Shown here piece after piece: positions 25,781 through 39,209 of a stretch of DNA of 64,000 nt. The DNA is from Takakia lepidozioides. Taxonomy: Eukaryota > Plantae > Bryophyta. The stretch lies in the NCBI GenBank assembly GCA_030704615.1, contig CM060734.1, forward strand, positions 2,914,001-2,978,000, read 5' to 3'. The position numbers were made by a program, and so were the translations under genes. Within the stretch, counting starts at the first letter, position 1; the number at the start of each line of letters is the position of its first letter. The notes under the pieces are model-generated. The model was not told the DNA's origin. It saw only the letters and a list, made by a program, of their open reading frames with translations, and did no database searches.

Positions 25781-28244
25781 TATTCAGTCCACATCCCCTT
25801 ATTCAGCTCAGCTGCTCTATTAATTAATATAGCTATGGTTCTTTTTTTCTCTTTTTTGGGGCCCTGCTTGTGCAAAGCCCACTAAAGTAGGTACTAACTT
25901 AATAAGTAATAAGAAAGTAGTAAGAGGTAGAGAGAACAGAGCGCTCCTCCTTTATATACCCTCTTAGGGCGGCGCCCCAGAACCCGTCAAGCGGTCGTGG
26001 ACCTTTCTAGAAGATTGCCCCACACATGTCACCCCTACATACAACAACTTGGCACCTATACTCTACTTACCCAATTTGGCGCTATGAACCATTCTCCATC
26101 TGTTGTTTTCCTACTCTCTTTTTTTGGACTCCCTTATACATGGGATCATAATGCCAAAACATTTGTACAAGGCACTATGAAATATTAATGTGCACTTACT
26201 TACCAGAAGAACTAGAAAACAAATATCACCTCATGGATATACTTGGGAAAGAAGCCAAAACTATTTATCCCCCAGATTTCACATACAAAGCAGCCTATCT
26301 CAATTTTTGGAATTTTGGCCTGATTTTAGGGGAGGCGGTCCTTTAGGTATATAATCAGATTTTGTCTAGGAAGATTCAACTCGATACGTTGAATTCTGTG
26401 GTCAAACCATTTTTTTCATGCATTTTTTGAATACATTCATAAATTGGGGCAGATTATTTTGTTATAATCTCCCAAATGCAATGGTCAAATTGCCTATACT
26501 TTTGACGAGACATGAATGTAGTAGATATGCACATAAGTAAAAAAGGTTCATCCCAATGGATGATTGTGGGTAAAAAGCTACACCCTTAGTCCATAAGGGT
26601 ATGTACTTTTTTTAGTGGGCCCACCAAAAGATAGCTAGTCGTGTAAGGGTTAATTACAATATGTATTGTTTGTTTGATATGTAGGATGAGTACAATGTAA
26701 TTGATATTCAGAGCTTTAACACGGTGTAAGGTCCTTTGACCACAATTATATGTTGAATTCAATGATGTGAAATCTCTCTACAAGAGAGTCAACAAAGTTG
26801 GTTTAAAACAAGTAAATTACTTCTGACTCAAGGGCCTATATTGTGGGCTCATAACATTTTGACTCGGCTCTATACAATGTTTTTAAATCTGGCGAAAAAT
26901 CACCAGATTTTGACCAGGAAAATGGGTAAGCTACATTTACACACGAATTATGGGAATAAAAATCAAAAAATTCGCCAGAAAGTGCCAATGGTTAATATCA
27001 GGAGCCAGATTTTCCCTGTGTAGACCTGTTAAAATGTGACACCTGTTATATAGCTACTTTTCTAGCCCTGCCACCTTGTTATTCTCGCCACATGGGCGCT
27101 GGGTAGAATTTACATGTGGCTCTTGTGGTGATTTTGGAGGTGAAAAAAAAAAACACTGGCTCTATAAGAATCCCTAAATAACCACATAAAAAAAGGTATC
27201 ATAGTACAATGGATGCTAAGAATCCCTAAATAACCTAATAAAAAAGGTATCATAGTAAGATATTTACGAGTAGCTATTTTCGCAAGATATCTTTTTTCAA
27301 ACTATTCGACCCGCTTATGGATGACCGGTTAGAGCCGGTCCTCCACCTGTGTAGTCAAAATCGGAGATTCAAAATATACATATACGCCAAATATTCATTA
27401 TGACCCAACCTTGTATACTCACACTTTAGGTTTGATATTAACGACGTTTCATCTTACATCATCCATGTCCAATGGTAATTCTTAATTGTTTTCATCCAAC
27501 TTATAAGCCATCGTCCTTAAACATTAATAATCACGTTTAATCTATCCAAAACCTATTTAATGCGTCCAAGACCACATTTTCTCCGTTGACTTCAACGTGA
27601 TGCATAGGCTCTCTTTACCAAGGAGAGCCAATAAATTGACGGACCCAATGTTTTATAGATGATGATCAACCAACATGCACTATGCACAATTGACTTCAGA
27701 TGTCACCATAATCAATCAAACTGATACATGCCGAATTATTCACCTCTTCCAATAAAAGTTTGTGAGGACCATCTTTCAGCAGGTCATTGAGGTTTTGGTT
27801 TTAGTTTTGGTTTAGCAAAGGGTGCAACCAAAGGGGCACAAGAGCATGCAAGCAACATTAAAAACATCCGCGATCTCAAATGGAGTTTCACATTACTCAT
27901 AGCGGCAATAATTTGGAGAAAAAATTATGTACAATGCCCAAAAGGAGATGGTATGGGCTTTAATAATTATGGGGCTCATAATAACCAATCCCTACTGCAG
28001 AAATACTGTCACTACCTTAGATCTGTACGAGTCAGATTGACAATAGTTGCTGTGAAGTGCACCTCAGAGCAGACCAGCTGGCTAACATGGAAGTGAGACA
28101 TGGTTGCCTGCTAAGCCAGATTTTAATGTTGACGTACAAGGCAGGGGATTATTCTTCTCTGTTGCCATTTCAACCTACTACCAAAAAGTCTATGGCTGTA
28201 AAATATATTCACAGCAATCCAACGAGGTGATTCAAGCAATCACC

Positions 28245-30624
28245 TCATTCCTGATTCGAGCAATCCCTCCCTGTAAGTTCCAGTTTGCGGGTTGCATGGC
28301 ACCAGATGTTGTAGCAGTTCTGAAGGTTTGGCCAATCAGATGGTGACAAGGAAAATTCTTGCAGCCAGATTGAAAGTATCCCTTCCTGGTCAGAATCTGG
28401 GAGACCAAGAATAACACGCTCCAGTAGCCCCTGTGTTTCCAGCTTCTCAGAACTGCTGAAGATGGGACCATCCCCTCCGTGTGTTGCCATGCATAAAAGG
28501 GGGATCCACAGCATCAGCAGCTTGCATCTCACTTCTGGAGGCACCTCTGTATCGCCCACCATTCCCCTGCAGAGCAAGGCTGGTCAAAGAACAGTGACTC
28601 GGTTAGTCCAATATGAATAGTTCAGCAGCTGAACCAGTTGTGCAGCTCACGCCTCGACCCCAAATCTGTTCCTTAATCCATCTATCCAACTAGCATTTCT
28701 AGGAACAATTTCAACATAAAATCCATGTGCAGGTGCAAATCAAGTGCACGAGAAACTTTAAAACTTTCCCAAACACAGGAATGCCTCTTCAACAGAAGAA
28801 TGACTTACCGTAAACACTACCAAGAAACAGAAAAGAGAAGTTAAGCAAATGTAACAAACCAAGCGACAACAGCACTCAACAATTAGCAAAAATTCCAAAG
28901 ACCAACATTGGGCTGATGGCAAGTTCTGTTCCCTTAAAACTTAATTCACCAGGTATGTTACAAGGAAATTACCAGCGAGACGAACAAGGGACTTTTGCAC
29001 ACGGGGGGAAGCACAATGTGAAAGTTCTGCTAATGGTGATGCCAAACTCCATTGCTCGATTGCTTCCTCCATAGCCCCACTTTCTGAGAGTTTTTCGGCC
29101 ATCCAGAGAAGCTCCTGTGCAAGCTTCTCAGCCATGTCAGTGTCAGCTATATTTGAAGTACCCATGGCCATCCCGTTCTTCAGACCCAAGTTCTGTGGGC
29201 CAGTGGGAGAGAATATTTGTCCAAACAGAGCACACATGCCGGTCAATGGTGTAGTGAGGACCGATGGAAGCACACCGCTAATTGGAATCAGCCGAAGAGT
29301 TCGCCTGTACCAAAAGAATCAATGAAGATACTGTGAATCGGCTGGTGGAATAGAACCTCTCTCTTCTTTTCAACTTCTGGTGCCACCTATTACAGTCTTC
29401 AAGTATCCAGATTGTTCAGACATTTATTCACTTCTTGACAGCTGGTGGGAAAGCTCCAAACTACAATAAAGACGTTAATGAGACAATTATCTAGACATGA
29501 CAGGTCAAACATAAATCCCAGCTACATTAATTGATCATGTTTTCTGCCCACTTTTAGATTATTTCCATCTCTAAGCTTCCAATTCTACTGTCTGACTACC
29601 TCTTTCTCATTACTCCGGGCATTTGAAAGGAGATAAGTATGTTGTTTACCAAATCCACATCTCTTCATGCTGCTGGAGCCCCTCCAGTGATTGGCCAAGT
29701 AGGTTAACCGTGCGAGCAAACCCCCCTGCCAGAGCTGCTTTGTTGATCGAGCCATATCCAAGGCCATAAAGCCTGTTTTCGTCAAGGATTCTGTCAGCAA
29801 GCGCTCGCGCAAACTCATACTTTCGGGAAGAGGCGGGAATGTCATTTACTATGGAAAGCACCTGTGACAAAATTTACCATCTTAGAGGGATGAGTGAAGT
29901 GGAGGGATGTGGTGAGTGCGATCAAGGTGAAAATTGGATATGGTGGTAAATGGTCGCAATAAGTGAAACAGTTGCAAGCCATCTTTACTTTGAACAGGGT
30001 GAACATTCCAGGTTGAAAACACATCAATCTCCCACCGATCTCCCTGCGGATGACTCTAAAACAGAAAGCACAACTGAAGAGTAGCGTGCAACAATACATT
30101 TCAGGTTTGGTAAAGGCCAAAAATCATTCTCTCTCTACAATTATGCGTTCCTGTTTCATAAATTCCTGTGGGCTTCATTATGTTATCTTGCTCCGCTGTC
30201 TGCGCACTTGAGTAAAATCCCATACTTCCATCATAAAAATGCCTAAAGCTCCCAAGAAAATCCCCGAGATTGAGGACTGACGACTCACCTGAGAAAGGGT
30301 CCGCCCAATGGCGCTGCCGGCAGTCTTACCGTCCAATTTCTCTACAGTCCTCCCTGAGAGGCTCCTTCCGCCATGCAAACTCAGTATCTTGAGTGCTTTA
30401 GTCAGCCCATACAAGGCGTAAGGCGTGGGCAAAAGAAGAAGAAAAATACGCGCCATCAAAGCCATCACCCACAGCACCATCACAAATAGGCTTCGAAGCT
30501 GCTCCATGAGAAACTGGCTGCTTTCAAGCTCCGATCCGTGCAAACTGCTGGTCCCCCTCAGTGGACTGATAATCCATTCGGTGAAAGATGCGGAGTCAGC
30601 CGCAGCAACGCTGGATCTCTCCAT
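28245..30624 (-). CDS. Intact 4-exon conserved plant gene of unknown function, resembling the Arabidopsis At5g64230/At3g19920-type proteins related to the C-terminal region of At3g05675-type BTB proteins
   Basis: Exons 30624-30289, 29861-29650, 29304-28973 and 28579-28245 have GT-AG boundaries and join in frame. Motifs SAIGRTLSQVLSIVNDIPASSRKYEF, AEKLAQELLWMAEKL, KLLMLWIPLLC and SDWPNLQNCYNIWCHATRKL. Family assignment is from memory. Confidence 0.85.
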
Positions 30625-31822
30625 GCCCACAATCCCCTAATGCATCTATGCTACTTGAAACTTGTGATTATCCTGTCTGAAAACTCTACCTGTTCTTCTC
30701 TCCCCCCCCACTAGCCTTCAAACTTCTTCAACCCTGTCGGTGCATCATCAAGCCCAAAAACCCGCAAAAAAAATCGCTTCAATTAGAGCATCCAAAACCC
30801 TCCCTCCCCTCCCCTCCCCTCCCCTCCCCTCCCCTCAACCCAATACTTATCGACAATTCCGATCTTCGAGACTTGCTCCTTCACAAGCCTCTCTGCAAAT
30901 ACACCCGTTGAAAACGTATAAATGCACAGACTCTTTGCAGACTCCGTCTCCGTTGCTTCCAGCGCGGCCGCAGCGAGAATTTCGCAGCGCGCACCCAGCT
31001 CTCCGGCGAGAAGCCGGCCGGTAATGTAGACCAGCGCCGAGCACCGCGCTTTTGGGCGGTGTTACGTGAAGCCTCGTGCAATTTGACGAACGAAATAACG
31101 AGAAAAGGCGGCTTCTGACTCAGCAGAATCTACTAAATATGAGTTTGTCGTCATGTCAAAAGCTCGCCCATCTAGGGGCCAGAGGACGGTTGAAGCATCG
31201 AACCCGACATCACTCTGGCTATACAGGCTCGCTCGACCGTCCAAACTACTGGCTGAGGATCCCCGGAGTTCCGATTCCGCCGCATCGGAATCGGCCGCAT
31301 CTATGTGGTTGAGCCCACAACCTACTGGCAAATTGGAGTCGAAAATGGCAAAAGAAAACATTATACACAACAGGGCCGGTGGTAAGCCACTCGTGTGTTG
31401 GCCTGTGGGTCTGGGGTTCAAACCCTGTCATCTCTCTCTCTCTGCTTCTGGCTGGGGCCTGCCCCTGTAATGCCTCCATGGCTAAGGGGGTTGATTTTCC
31501 CCCTCTAGGCCCAGTTGCTGGGGCTGGTGTTTCCTTGGAATACATTATATTATATTATATTGTATCAGTGTCAATCTCATGAGCCTTATCTTCATATTCA
31601 TAGTCACTTCACAATCTGGGCATACAACGTCAGAATGGAACCTACAGATGCGTAGCAAATTTAATATCAAGCAGAAAATTCCAATGGCGCATAGACAGAG
31701 TATGACATAATAAAAGTATTAGTTGTCATATAACTCAGTAGACATCATGTATAGAAACATTTGTAACCCTTACACCATCCTCTTGGTTCCATCCAAGACC
31801 TAAATTTTTTTGAAAACTATCC

Positions 31823-32001
31823 GACAACCAGCATGTAGCCCAGTGGTAATGGGCACATACCACGTTGGATGTGGTTGTGGGTTCAAACCACAGTCTGGTG
31901 TGTCATGAAGGTGTCCACCTTTCAGCTGGAAGGCAGTAGCCCTTGTGGTGAAGAGACACCATAAGTTGCGTTCCCTTCGGGAGGCGTTATACTTCTACTT
32001 C
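31823..32001 (+). mobile_element. tRNA-derived SINE with target-site duplication
   Basis: A-box-like TAGCCCAGTGG (~31836), B-box GGTTCAAACC (~31880), tacttc-tacttc tail, and a 12-bp direct repeat tgaaaactatcc at 31811-31822 and 32002-32013. Confidence 0.8.
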
Positions 32002-32849
32002 TGAAAACTATCCAGCTTGAAAGAACAGCCGAACCGCAGCCAACCCCGACTGCACGTGTTGTGTATGTGTGCCGCATCCTATGTATAGGAGAATGCCGGG
32101 AGTGGAGGGCTTTCCTAGAGTTTTTGGAGACCCACGCCCCAAAATCTAGGAAAGCCCAACAAGTGGGGCCTTCCCTTGCACAAAGAACCTCAAAATTTTG
32201 CTATGTTTTTACTCTCTGCCTAGTTTGCACGTAGACCTGGGCCCACTCCTCCATCTTTATAACTGCATACCTCCTCATAAGCACAATCAGAGCAGTGCAA
32301 TCACTTGGCAACCTCTACACACCATCTTTCCAAACTTCCCACCTCTAATCCCGCAGTGACCGTGCGACCTTCAAATCTCAACCCTCAATCCTGCACCCTC
32401 CGTCCTTGCCTGAGGTTCCACTTTGGGCTATACCTTGCCAAAATCACCTAGCCACATCTGCACGGATTCCACGTGGGCCCCACATGCACTTGCCATTTTC
32501 ACATGGCATGCTATAGCCATGTATGCTATAGCCACCCTTGTTCCGACATCTAGCAACCTCTGCAAACCATCTTTCCAAACTTCCCACCTCTAATCCCGCA
32601 ATGACCGTGCGACCTTGAAATCACCCACCCCACTCGACCCTCGATCCTGTAAAGCTAGAACCCCGACGCAAGGATATGCTCTCGTCCTCTGCGGGTTAAG
32701 ACATGCACAGGGGATTGTAGCTATAGAACTTACTGATGCCCAAGTGACCAGCAAAAGCAGAAGAATGATGCAACTCAGGCAACTCGGAAACTGAATCCCT
32801 ATTAGGAACCTCCATAGCATGGGTCTGACCTTCCAAGGCAATCCTCAAA

Positions 32850-32970
32850 CACTACAGGAAAAGGGGGGCCTTTGCGACGCCCGAGCCACGCCGCGGCCAA
32901 GCCGCAGCATTGGGAAAACGTCATTTTCGAGCACGCGGCAGGCGCAGAATTTGCGACGCTGTTAGAGGAC
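32850..32970. mobile_element. Left terminus of a CACTA element, interrupted after about 120 bp
   Basis: CACTACAGGAAAAGGGGGG..GCGACGCCC at 32850 is similar to the reverse complement of the TIR ending at 13963. Confidence 0.7.
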
Positions 32971-33084
32971 TGTCGGGGACTTAGACACTTATACGGGATC
33001 TGTAGGGTACCCTTAATTTTTGCACAGACTGAGACCAACAGGAGCCTTAGGGGTGACAGCAGCGCACTGTAGAGGGGGGGGTTA

Positions 33085-33297
33085 CACAGCCCGTCACAGC
33101 CCGTCACAGTCGTCACAGCCGACACAGCCAACACAGCCGTCACAGTCGTCACAGCCGACACAGCCAACACAGCCATCACAGTCGTCACAGCACAGTCGTC
33201 ACGCCACACAGCCCGACACAGCCAAACACAGTCGCACAGCCAGTCACAGCCCGTCACAGTTTCACACAGCCAGTCACAGCTTGACACAGCTGTCACG
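33085..33297. repeat. Low-complexity (gtcacagcc/acacagcc) short tandem repeat in the presumed LTR
   Basis: More than 20 degenerate cacag-containing 7-10 bp units. Confidence 0.85.
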
Positions 33298-33809
33298 ATC
33301 ATAGGGAACGAAAAGTAGGACAGGGAACGACTGTGGGGAACAACACCTGCGAAGGGAACATGTTAGTTCACAGACGACGGTTAGTGAGGGAAACGGTTAG
33401 AACCACGGATAGGAAGATAAAGGGAAAAACGGGGAATTGAGGGATATCATTCGGAGGAGGACTTCTTGGTCATGGAGGAGAGGGGATCGGGCAGAGATGA
33501 AGAACGGAAGAAGATAGAGAGATGATGAGTAGATGCTTGATATATGCAAGGCTGTATGATATTGTAGAGCAGATTAGAGACACAATGGCTTCGGCCTGAT
33601 ACCTGATAAATCATAATCGGATACTTTTACGATACAATCACACTGTGTAGAGAGATCTGAGTGAAGCTGTGAAATGAATGGATGAGTTGATGGAATCCAA
33701 TAGATTGATAAAGCAAACTGATACTTAATTATCAATGGTAAGATAGCTAACATGAATACCAAAAGGGAAACAAATAGGAAACACCCCCATGATACACTAG
33801 CTGTAGGTC

Positions 33810-34505
33810 ATGACTGATTGTTCTGCGCGGGCTGAGTACTTAGAGATTTCCAACTCTTCTATCTTGGAGTTTCCGCCTCGAATAGCGAAGGGATGGGTGA
33901 GTAAAAGCCGCGTGACATTTGGCAACCATACTGGGGACCTGAGACATGAACAACCAGATGTGACAGGCATCTGGTGGGATCATGGTGGTTGGACCATTAA
34001 AGAATTTGAAGTGAATCAAATTCCCTGTGGAACGAAGGAAGAAAGATTGTCCAAACAATTCTTTCAAAGGTTCTTGGAATTGCCAGACGGTTGTAAAGAA
34101 AATATTCTTAAGCGAGTGCATGATGCTGATCCAGAATGGGGTCTGGAGAAAGGAGTGATAAAGATTTATCAGGTAGCATGTAGAGGAAGAGCACGTTGGT
34201 TACCAACATTGGTTTATGTGATAGCATTGCTATCCGTTAAACGAGTAGAGTTTGAAGGCTGGGAAGAAAGAAAGGTGAATGTTTATACTCATATGCATGA
34301 AGAGCTTGTACTGGTAAAGAATTGGATTCCAAAGGATATTTTGTGGATCAAACTCACACCAAGAACAGCTTTTCAGACTTGTTTGCCATATGGTTATATG
34401 GTAACGGAGACTTCAAGTATAGCCAAGGGTGCATTGAAGCTTGAAAGAAACCCAGGCATATACGAGAGATATTACAGAAGAGAGTTTTGGTTATTGCCAC
34501 ATTAA
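33810..34505 (+). CDS. Uninterrupted 231-aa ORF upstream of gag, function unknown
   Basis: ATG-to-stop ORF with normal amino-acid composition between the presumed LTR and gag. No motif recognised. Confidence 0.5.
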   Translation: MTDCSARAEYLEISNSSILEFPPRIAKGWVSKSRVTFGNHTGDLRHEQPDVTGIWWDHGGWTIKEFEVNQIPCGTKEERLSKQFFQRFLELPDGCKENILKRVHDADPEWGLEKGVIKIYQVACRGRARWLPTLVYVIALLSVKRVEFEGWEERKVNVYTHMHEELVLVKNWIPKDILWIKLTPRTAFQTCLPYGYMVTETSSIAKGALKLERNPGIYERYYRREFWLLPH

Positions 34506-37284
34506 AAGAAATGAAAGACATGGGACATGAGTGATGAAAGAGAAGCTAGACGACAGAGATATTCAGCAAAAAGAGAAAGCTATCTGAAAGCTAATTATCC
34601 ATATCTTTGGGAGAGAGGAATAGACATAGGGGAATCATCTGGACCTCTCACACCATTAAGATCAAAGAGTACATCACCTACCGGAAGAACTAGAGTTGGA
34701 TGCCACTCCTTTCTGTTTCTTTGCAAGAAAGATTAAGGGAATTGGTACAGGAAGAAGATCAATCACGAGGTGAAAGATCTGAGGTACATCCTTGGATAAA
34801 AGACTTGACAAAAAATCTTTGATAAGAGTTGGCATGGAAACACCAAAAGCAGGAACTCCAGTTTCTGAAGCAGAAGGTGAAGAAGGAGAAGAGGATGTGG
34901 CAGAGCCAACGGAGAGTTCAGACTCTCCAACACCATTACAGTTGAGTTACATGAGTGAAGAATAAAACCCAAGGGCAGAACTTGGAGGATGAAAACAGAG
35001 AGAAGAAATTAGAAGAGGAAGAATATGAAGAAGTAGACCCAACAGCTAAGGTTGAGACTACAACCAGGACATCCCAACCCATTGGACCTGGATCAAGTGG
35101 AGCACTTGGATCACAGGCCAACGAAGGTGTCGGCTCAGGGGGATCAGGCGGGCTGCCTGGATCTGGCTCTGGGGGGACAGGGAGTGTGGGAAGTAGTGCA
35201 ACTGAAGCTGGGAATACTGTGAATATCGTGGGGGGCCAGAAGCAGGGAGTGCTCAAGGGCCACCACTTGGTGGAAGATCCACCACAAAAACAACAGGTCC
35301 AGAAGGACCAGCACCAGCAAGGGTGCCAGCACCTGTCAGTGGGCAGAAGAAGGTAGGGCCACAGATGGCGTTACAACCAACACGGGCAAAACCACCCTTT
35401 CCAATATATTCAGGAAAAAGGGGATCCCGATGTACACATTAGCCAATTTGAGCACATGTGTATAGTGAACAATGAGAATGGCGATGATGCCAAGATGAGA
35501 CTGTTTTCTTGTTCACTTATCAAGAAAGCAAGTGAATGGTATGCAAGATTCCCTGATAATCATTTCCTAACCTGGAATGGCTTGAATACAGCATTTCGAA
35601 AAATTGGTTCAGGACAAGTAAAACTGAGGATGAAGTGTATAGAAGTTTACAACAGCTGAAGCAGAAGAAGCATGAAACTGTTGAAGAGTATATGGAGAAG
35701 ATGGAATTGATGATGAAAAAGCTGGCTGCAGTACCAGCGCCCGGTTTACAGAAGACTTGGTTTGTGAGTGGACTAAGACCAGAGTTGCAAAGAAAGTGGA
35801 TATGTTACCCCATAATACAGTGGAGGAGGCATTTGAAACTGCGAACAGAATTGAGCAATTGGAATGCTCAGGAGAGAGAAAAAGAAGATGAGGACTCTAA
35901 GGATGAGTCAGATGAAGAAGAAGAGCAAGAACTAAAAAGAAAGAGTAAGAGAAAGGAGAAGTTGAAGAGGGATAACTATGAAAAAAATTGGAAGAAATCT
36001 TGAAGAAGTATGCCACAGAGGCTGCAACACATTGGAGGAAGGGTGTATGGTGTGCAAAGTGCCAGAATGAAGGCCATACCACCACAGAATGCCACATGAA
36101 GGAGAAACACTCTATCTGTAAAATGGATAACCATTCTACTGAGAATTGTTACTACAACAGAAGGACAGCTGCAAGAGAACCTAGGCAAGTAAGGGTGCAT
36201 CAGGTGCAGCCCCAGCCAAGAAGAAAACAATGATCAGGACCACTATGGTAGGTCTGGGGTTATAACAATGGCATGGAAGGGAGAGGTAATTCAAGAGGGA
36301 ATTACCAAGGAAATTCCAGAGGCAACTATCAGGGTAATCAAGGGGGAATTACCAGCCCGGGAATCAGGATTATAGAAATAATCCAAGAACAGACCAAGGG
36401 CGAGGACCCAATAGTGAAGAGCTATGTTACTATTGTAATCAGCCAGGACATCGCAAGGCAGCCTGTTCATTCTGGATAAGACACCAGAATGAGATGAGAG
36501 CTCCTGTGAATGAGGGCCCAGTGGTGGCAGCTCACATGGTTAGGCCATGTGTTGTACCAGAAGTAAGTACAATGATAGTAACAAGAAGTAAAGCCAAACT
36601 AATACCTCCAGTAGAAGAGGAAGAAGATGAGAATGGAAGTGGCAATGATATGCCTGAAGATGAAGAGACTTGGAAAGATGAGAAGGAACTGCACAAGGAA
36701 GTGGCAGATACTATAAGGGAAATGCAAAAGAGTACTGATATTCCTGTGGCAGATTCCTCTGATTCGGATGGAGAAAAAGAAGGGAGTGAGGAAGAAAGGA
36801 AAAAAGAAGATGCAGACATGCAAAGTAATGAAGAGACTTTGGCTGAAGTAATATGCCAGACCAAAGCAGAAATTACCATTGGACAGCTATTAGCTGTGGC
36901 ACCTTATTGTAGGCACAGGCTGTATCAAGCAATCAATCGAATTGCCCAAGAGACAGGAAACACAGACCTGAACAGCAAGGTGACCATTTATAATGTGAAG
37001 CCGGAAGGGCGAGAAACAGTCATGGACTTTGATGATTCTATGCCAGTAATCCAATTGAGAATTGGAAGCACAGAACTAACTGATGTACTGATAGATGGTG
37101 GTTCTGGAGTAAATATCATGACAGACCAATTAAGGAAGAAGCTTGTGTGTGAACTATAAGAAGCTGAATGCTTGTACGAAGAAAGATCCTTTCCCTTTGC
37201 CATTCACAGAAGCAGTATTAGACACTGTGGCAGGCCATGAGATGTACTCATTCATGGATAGCTTCAGTGGTTATAATCAAGTGC

Positions 37285-39209
37285 AAGTTTCCCGACATCC
37301 TTCACTCGGAAGAGCATATGGGACAAGTTGGTGGCAATGAAGGCATTCTCAGTCACCCTGCAGTGCCACATTTCCATCAAACAATACTGAAATGGGAATT
37401 TTCATCATATATGAGGATTCGCAATGAAATGACTTCCAAATTCAAAGTCCAAAAGCGAGAGGCGTTGTAACTTACGAGTTGATGTCCGCCATTGCAGCTT
37501 TGAGAAGACTGCGATCTTTGGGCCCCGCAACCTTCAGCACAACACAATCCACGGCGAATGCCAATCGAGGGTCGTTGGGGTGGGCTTGGGCAATGTGCTC
37601 CATCCATGCCAGGAGGCGATGATTGCCGTCCCACACGTAGAACATCTTACCGGACAAGTGCTGGAAAAGAGGATCACTAGCAATCGATCTCTCAAACTCC
37701 TCATTTCGCGTTTGCCAATGGGGACCCCATTTGTCCACCTCATCGGAAGTGTGGGCACGGGAAGCTCCGTGGTCGTTCTCAATGGAAACGTAAAACGCGG
37801 CAGACCATTCGATATCCATCCCGGAAAGAGAATTTCAGCTTGTCGATATCGCCTGGGAGGGCAGGTCTCACCACCTGCAATGACACCAAGCGGCAAAGGG
37901 GAATTCGAAAGCTTGGCGGGTACACCATGCACCCCAGCACCCTGCCAATGTTGCTGTGGGTTGCCTCCAACATCTTGGCAGCGGCCAACTTCATATCCAC
38001 CTCAGACATGACGTCTACTGCAGAGGGGTTTTCCGACAGCCCACCAGGACCGCCAAATCCAGCCTGTATGCTTCGGGTTTGGGGCCTGGGGATGTCCGGG
38101 AGGATGTCATTCTGGTCAGAAAGCTCTCTGTTGTCCTCCTCAACAGGGTCAGCCACCTGCGAAACCACCTCCAGCACTCTCCCCGTCTCTACTGCCTCTC
38201 CCTGGCTTCACCTCGAACTTGCACAATCCGTGCTCTTTCTGGTGTTCTTTCCTCTCCTCCCTCTCTCCACCGTATGGGTAATTGCAGGGGCTGCTCTTGC
38301 CCGCGATGGTCTAACCGTGTGTTGCTGCCTCTTTGTGGTGTCTTGGAGGGATCCACCGTCTCTATGCGTCCCTCACTTACATGGGAATCTGTCAGTTCGG
38401 AACCCCTGGCCTCTTCAGTGGCCTTTTCTCTTTCCTCCTGGCTAGCCTTGTGTCTTGCCTGTTCTTTTGCCCTCTCTTTTGCCCTCTCACGGGCTTTATG
38501 TTTCTTATTAGGGCTAGCAGCAGGGGAGCCCGGATGGCGACACACCTTTGAGGTAGGCGAACTGACACCCTCGCGCGCACTGCAAACTCCCCCCTCCGCA
38601 AGCCCGTGACGGCTCTCGCGCCGGGGATTGCACGTGCTTGGCTTTCTTCTTCTTCTTTGTTTGGACGGGCCCTACTGCTTCTGCATCAACAACCTCCATT
38701 GCCAGATCTGTTGTTCTCACTTCCTCACACCCTTCACCTGCCATGAGGCCTGCACCAACCTCCCCAATGCCTATTTTGTCGTACTCTCGCTGCAGGTCCT
38801 CCCGTCCACCAGCAAAAGGTTGAAGTTTGGCCTCTCGCTCCAAGGGGGGCGGTTAAAACATGCGATGAGTTGCAGCAGTCGATGATACCACCAGCGTGCC
38901 GGGCTCGTCGTCACTCTGTCATTCCCAAAATCGTGAGAACCAACATCGGTGCCAAACCAGCATCGCAAACCACCATAGCAACAATCGTGTAACAAAAATG
39001 AAAACATAACAAGTTTAGGAGTATTGGAGAGACATGCAACAACAATGAAAACAAATGCAACCATTGCCTGAGAATGACATGCACAAGCAGCCTTCTCCAG
39101 AGCTGCCGGATTTGCACACGCATTGCAAACAATCTAAGGTTCACTCAACTATCTAAGGTTCACCCATCCAGCGAAGCCAGGATGAAGATGCAAAAACAAA
39201 GCGAGGCAA
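37285..39209 (-). pseudogene. 5' part of a ParB-like-domain gene (MULE family copy C), frameshifted and truncated
   Basis: IPLCRLVSLQVVRP..DIDKLKFSFRDGY / FYVSIE..KMFYVWDGNHRLLAW is the ParB/sulfiredoxin DGxHR signature. GT-AG intron 37475-37358 joins in frame (MADINS-VTENAF). 38110-39209 is homologous in reverse orientation to 62897-64000. Confidence 0.75.

Larger units (their letters stand above)
32971..37290 (+). mobile_element. Ty3/gypsy retrotransposon, internally deleted and 3'-truncated
   Basis: Starts with TG at 32971. Gag DPDVHISQFE..KMRLFSCSLIKKASEWY; knuckles CAKCQNEGHTTTEC and CYYCNQPGHRKAAC; protease VLIDGGSGVNIM fused directly to an RT fragment CVNYKKLNACTKKDPFPLP..SFMDSFSGYNQ. 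LTR limits and PBS not resolved. Confidence 0.85.

Noticed and set aside
31823-31900. Functional tRNA gene
   Set aside because: It has A/B boxes but no clean cloverleaf. The TSD and tail indicate a SINE.
13941-32870. Pairing the CACTA ends at 13963 and 32850 as one element
   Set aside because: They face away from each other (a right end followed by a left end) and differ in sequence, so they belong to separate insertions.
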